A stretch of 64,000 bases of DNA from Eledone cirrhosa. Its lineage: Eukaryota. This document shows positions 61,871 to 64,000 of this stretch, piece after piece (the first letter of the stretch is position 1; each line of letters starts with the position of its first letter). Both the position numbers and the translations under genes were made by a program. The DNA lies in assembly GCA_964016885.1 (NCBI GenBank), contig OZ024748.1:27156001-27220000 (forward strand). Reading direction: 5' to 3'. The notes beneath the pieces are model-generated. The model had not been told where the DNA came from. It saw only the letters and a program-made list of their open reading frames with translations, and did not search any database.

Positions 61871-61875
<5 letters not shown>
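61759..61875. repeat. 117-bp near-perfect hairpin, intronic
   Basis: 58-nt arms around position 61817, about 4 mismatches. Confidence 0.9.
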
Positions 61876-61916
<41 letters not shown>

Positions 61917-61994
61917 TACATATATTTATTGGGTTGGTGGTGGAAGTTGATTAAATCGACCCCAGTGCATTACTAGTAATGATAATAGCAGTAA

Positions 61995-62180
61995 TAATAA
62001 TTGTTTCTACTTTTGGCACAAGGCCAGCAATTACCCAGTGTATTACTGGTACTTTATTTTATCGACGCCCGTAAGGATGAAAGGCAAAGTTAACCTTGGC
62101 GGGATTTGAACTTAGAATGGCAAGGGCCGTAACTCTATGCGTCAAAGCATGGCGTCCGACCCTCTACCGATACTGCCAGT
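61995..62180 (-). mobile_element. SINE family S1
   Basis: S1 core and head on the minus strand. Confidence 0.82.
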
Positions 62181-62230
62181 AATAATAATGTAATATAATA
62201 TAATATTCTCTCTGTGTTATCTCTATCCAG

Positions 62231-62356
62231 TTCTGATCACAGCAATCAATTGTTACAGTACCAACTTAGCAGCCAGCATCCAGATCTTCTTTACTGTAGC
62301 TAAAATCATAGCCCTTATCATCATCATCATTGGAGGGTTTGTCATGATGGGAAAAG
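62231..62356 (+). CDS. SLC7A9: SLC7 transporter coding exon 4
   Basis: TCCAG| ILITAINCYSTNLAASIQIFFTVAKIIALIIIIIGGFVMMGK |GTAAT. 126 nt, phase 1-1. Confidence 0.93.
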
Positions 62357-62659
62357 GTAATTCTTACAAAAGATTTTGCTCTGCTTTATTTATTTATTTA
62401 TTTATTTATGCAGCGTTATTTGTCCGTAAGGAGGTAGTGATTCATCTACTAACATACAGCAGATATCTGCCCAATAAAGATTTATCTATTTATTCATTTT
62501 TTAATGTCAACATATAATTTATCACCGGGGAAAGAAGATTCAGCTCCCATCTACTGTTTACACATAACAAGCAGGGTTTATTTTAGTACTGCATAAATCT
62601 TTAAAGCAGGTGCCATAACTCAGTGTTGATATTCTCTAAACCTGAGAAGTATTTGTAAT

Positions 62660-62948
62660 ATAATTGTTTCTACTATTGGCACAAGGCCAGCAGTTACTCC
62701 AGTGCATTACTGGTCTTTACTTTATCGACCCCGTAAGAATAAAAGGCAAAGTTTTGAATTCAGAACGCAAAGCGCTATAACTCTATTGATACTGCCAATC
62801 CACTGTCATTTGTAATATAATTGTTTCTACTTTAGGCACAAGGCCAGCAATTACCCAGTGCATTACTGGTACTTTATTTTATCGACCCCGTAAGGATGAA
62901 AGGCAAAGTCAACCTCGACGGGATTTGAACTCGGATCGTAAAGGGTCA
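62660..62948 (-). mobile_element. Two tandem S1 SINE copies
   Basis: S1 core twice. TTTGTAATATAA occurs at ~62652, ~62809 and ~62949 (possible target duplication). Confidence 0.78.
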
Positions 62949-63029
62949 TTTGTAATATAATGAGGATATTTTAAACGTTTTATGTGTTTTGATACAAAAT
63001 GTAAACTTACTGCACAAAATTAGATTTAG

Positions 63030-63413
63030 AACTACACAAGTAGGGATCAACTACACAAGCAGAGGTTAACTACAGAAGTAGGGATCAACTACAGAAGTAG
63101 GGATCAACTACACAAGCAGAGGTTAACTACAGAAGTAGGGATCAACTACAGAAGTAGGGATCAACTACACAAGCAGAGGTTAACTACAGAAGTAGGGATC
63201 AACTACAGTAGTAGGGATCAACTACACAAGTAGGGATCAATTACACAAGTAGGGATCAACTAGACAAGTAGGGATCAACTAGACAAGTAGGGATCAACTA
63301 GACAAGTAGGGATCAACTACACAAGTAGGGATCAACTACACAAGTAGGGATCAACTACACAAGCAGAGGTTAACTACACAAGCAGAGGTTAATTATACAA
63401 GTAGGGATCAACT
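63030..63413. repeat. 19-bp minisatellite, ~20 units
   Basis: Units AACTACA(C/G)AAGTAGGGATC and AACTACACAAGCAGAGGTT. Confidence 0.95.
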
Positions 63414-63482
63414 GTATGTTAAAATAATCACTGTGTTAATTGCTGCTATTTATGCTTGGTTCTGTTCTACCATGTAATTCAG

Positions 63483-63582
63483 GTGAATTCTATGACCTCC
63501 CTGAGGGCTTCAAGGATTCTCAGACTTCAGGATCGGCCATTGCTTTGGCATTTTATGATGGATTATGGGCTTATGATGGATG
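63483..63582 (+). CDS. SLC7A9: SLC7 transporter coding exon 5 (gene continues beyond the window)
   Basis: TTCAG| GEFYDLPEGFKDSQTSGSAIALAFYDGLWAYDG(W) |GTGAG. The GLWAYDGW TM6 motif is typical of b0,+AT. Confidence 0.93.
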
Positions 63583-63639
63583 GTGAGTAATCTTGTCTTA
63601 ATTTCACCAATTGTTGTTGTTCTTATTATTATCAAGGTC

Positions 63640-63990
63640 GGTGGATTGTCAGAATCAGTAGAACATTCATTGATATGCTTTACGGCATATGGTTACTGCC
63701 CTTTACATTCTGAGTTCAAATCCCGCTGAGGTTAGCTTTGTCTTTCATTCTTATGGGGTCAATAAAGTAAAGTACCAGTAATGCACTGGATAAATTTAAT
63801 TGACCCTGCCTACCTCAAAACAAAAATATTGTTGACTATGTGCCTAAATTAGAAACTCTTATTATTACGGGTGCTCGATTGGCAGAGTTGTTAGAGTGTC
63901 AGACAAAGGCTTAGCGATATTTGTTCCAGCTTTTTACCTTTTCAGTTCAAATCCTGCTGAGGTCAACTTTGCCTTTTATCTTGTTTTATA
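63640..63990 (+). mobile_element. Two older S1 SINE copies
   Basis: GAGTTCAAATCCCGCTGAGG followed by the S1 core; second head at ~63875. Confidence 0.75.
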
Positions 63991-64000
63991 GTACTAGTCA

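Noticed and set aside
63030-63413. Possible CRISPR array
   Set aside because: Contiguous 19-bp units without spacers.

Overview
Repeat-saturated animal genomic DNA. The SINE/RTE families and the (TA)n/(TATC)n load suggest a coleoid cephalopod, probably octopus (inference). There is one host gene: the first five coding exons of an SLC7 (b0,+AT/SLC7A9-like) amino-acid transporter light chain on + (42226-63582, continuing past the window). The rest is mostly mobile DNA: RTE-type LINEs (one 932-aa uninterrupted ORF); a near-complete Penelope-like element (PLE; RT + GIY-YIG, 855-bp direct pseudo-LTRs); remnants of other PLEs; a Tx1/L1-clade LINE family repeatedly found in (TATC)n; two Helitron remnants; Tc1- and piggyBac-like MITEs; tRNA-derived SINEs; two minisatellites. 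The most striking signal is a set of at least four PLE-related families carrying minimal hammerhead-ribozyme folds. They sit in (TA)n as fold-back or inverted-cap insertions in which both flanks join element 3' ends, and one family looks like a defined ~165-nt ribozyme mini-element. Also notable: an in-frame Tx1/PLE chimera and a ~1.47-kb near-perfect intronic inverted RTE pair. Most short ORFs in the track are microsatellite or antisense artefacts. Folds, alignments and coordinates were read by eye; repeat boundaries are approximate.
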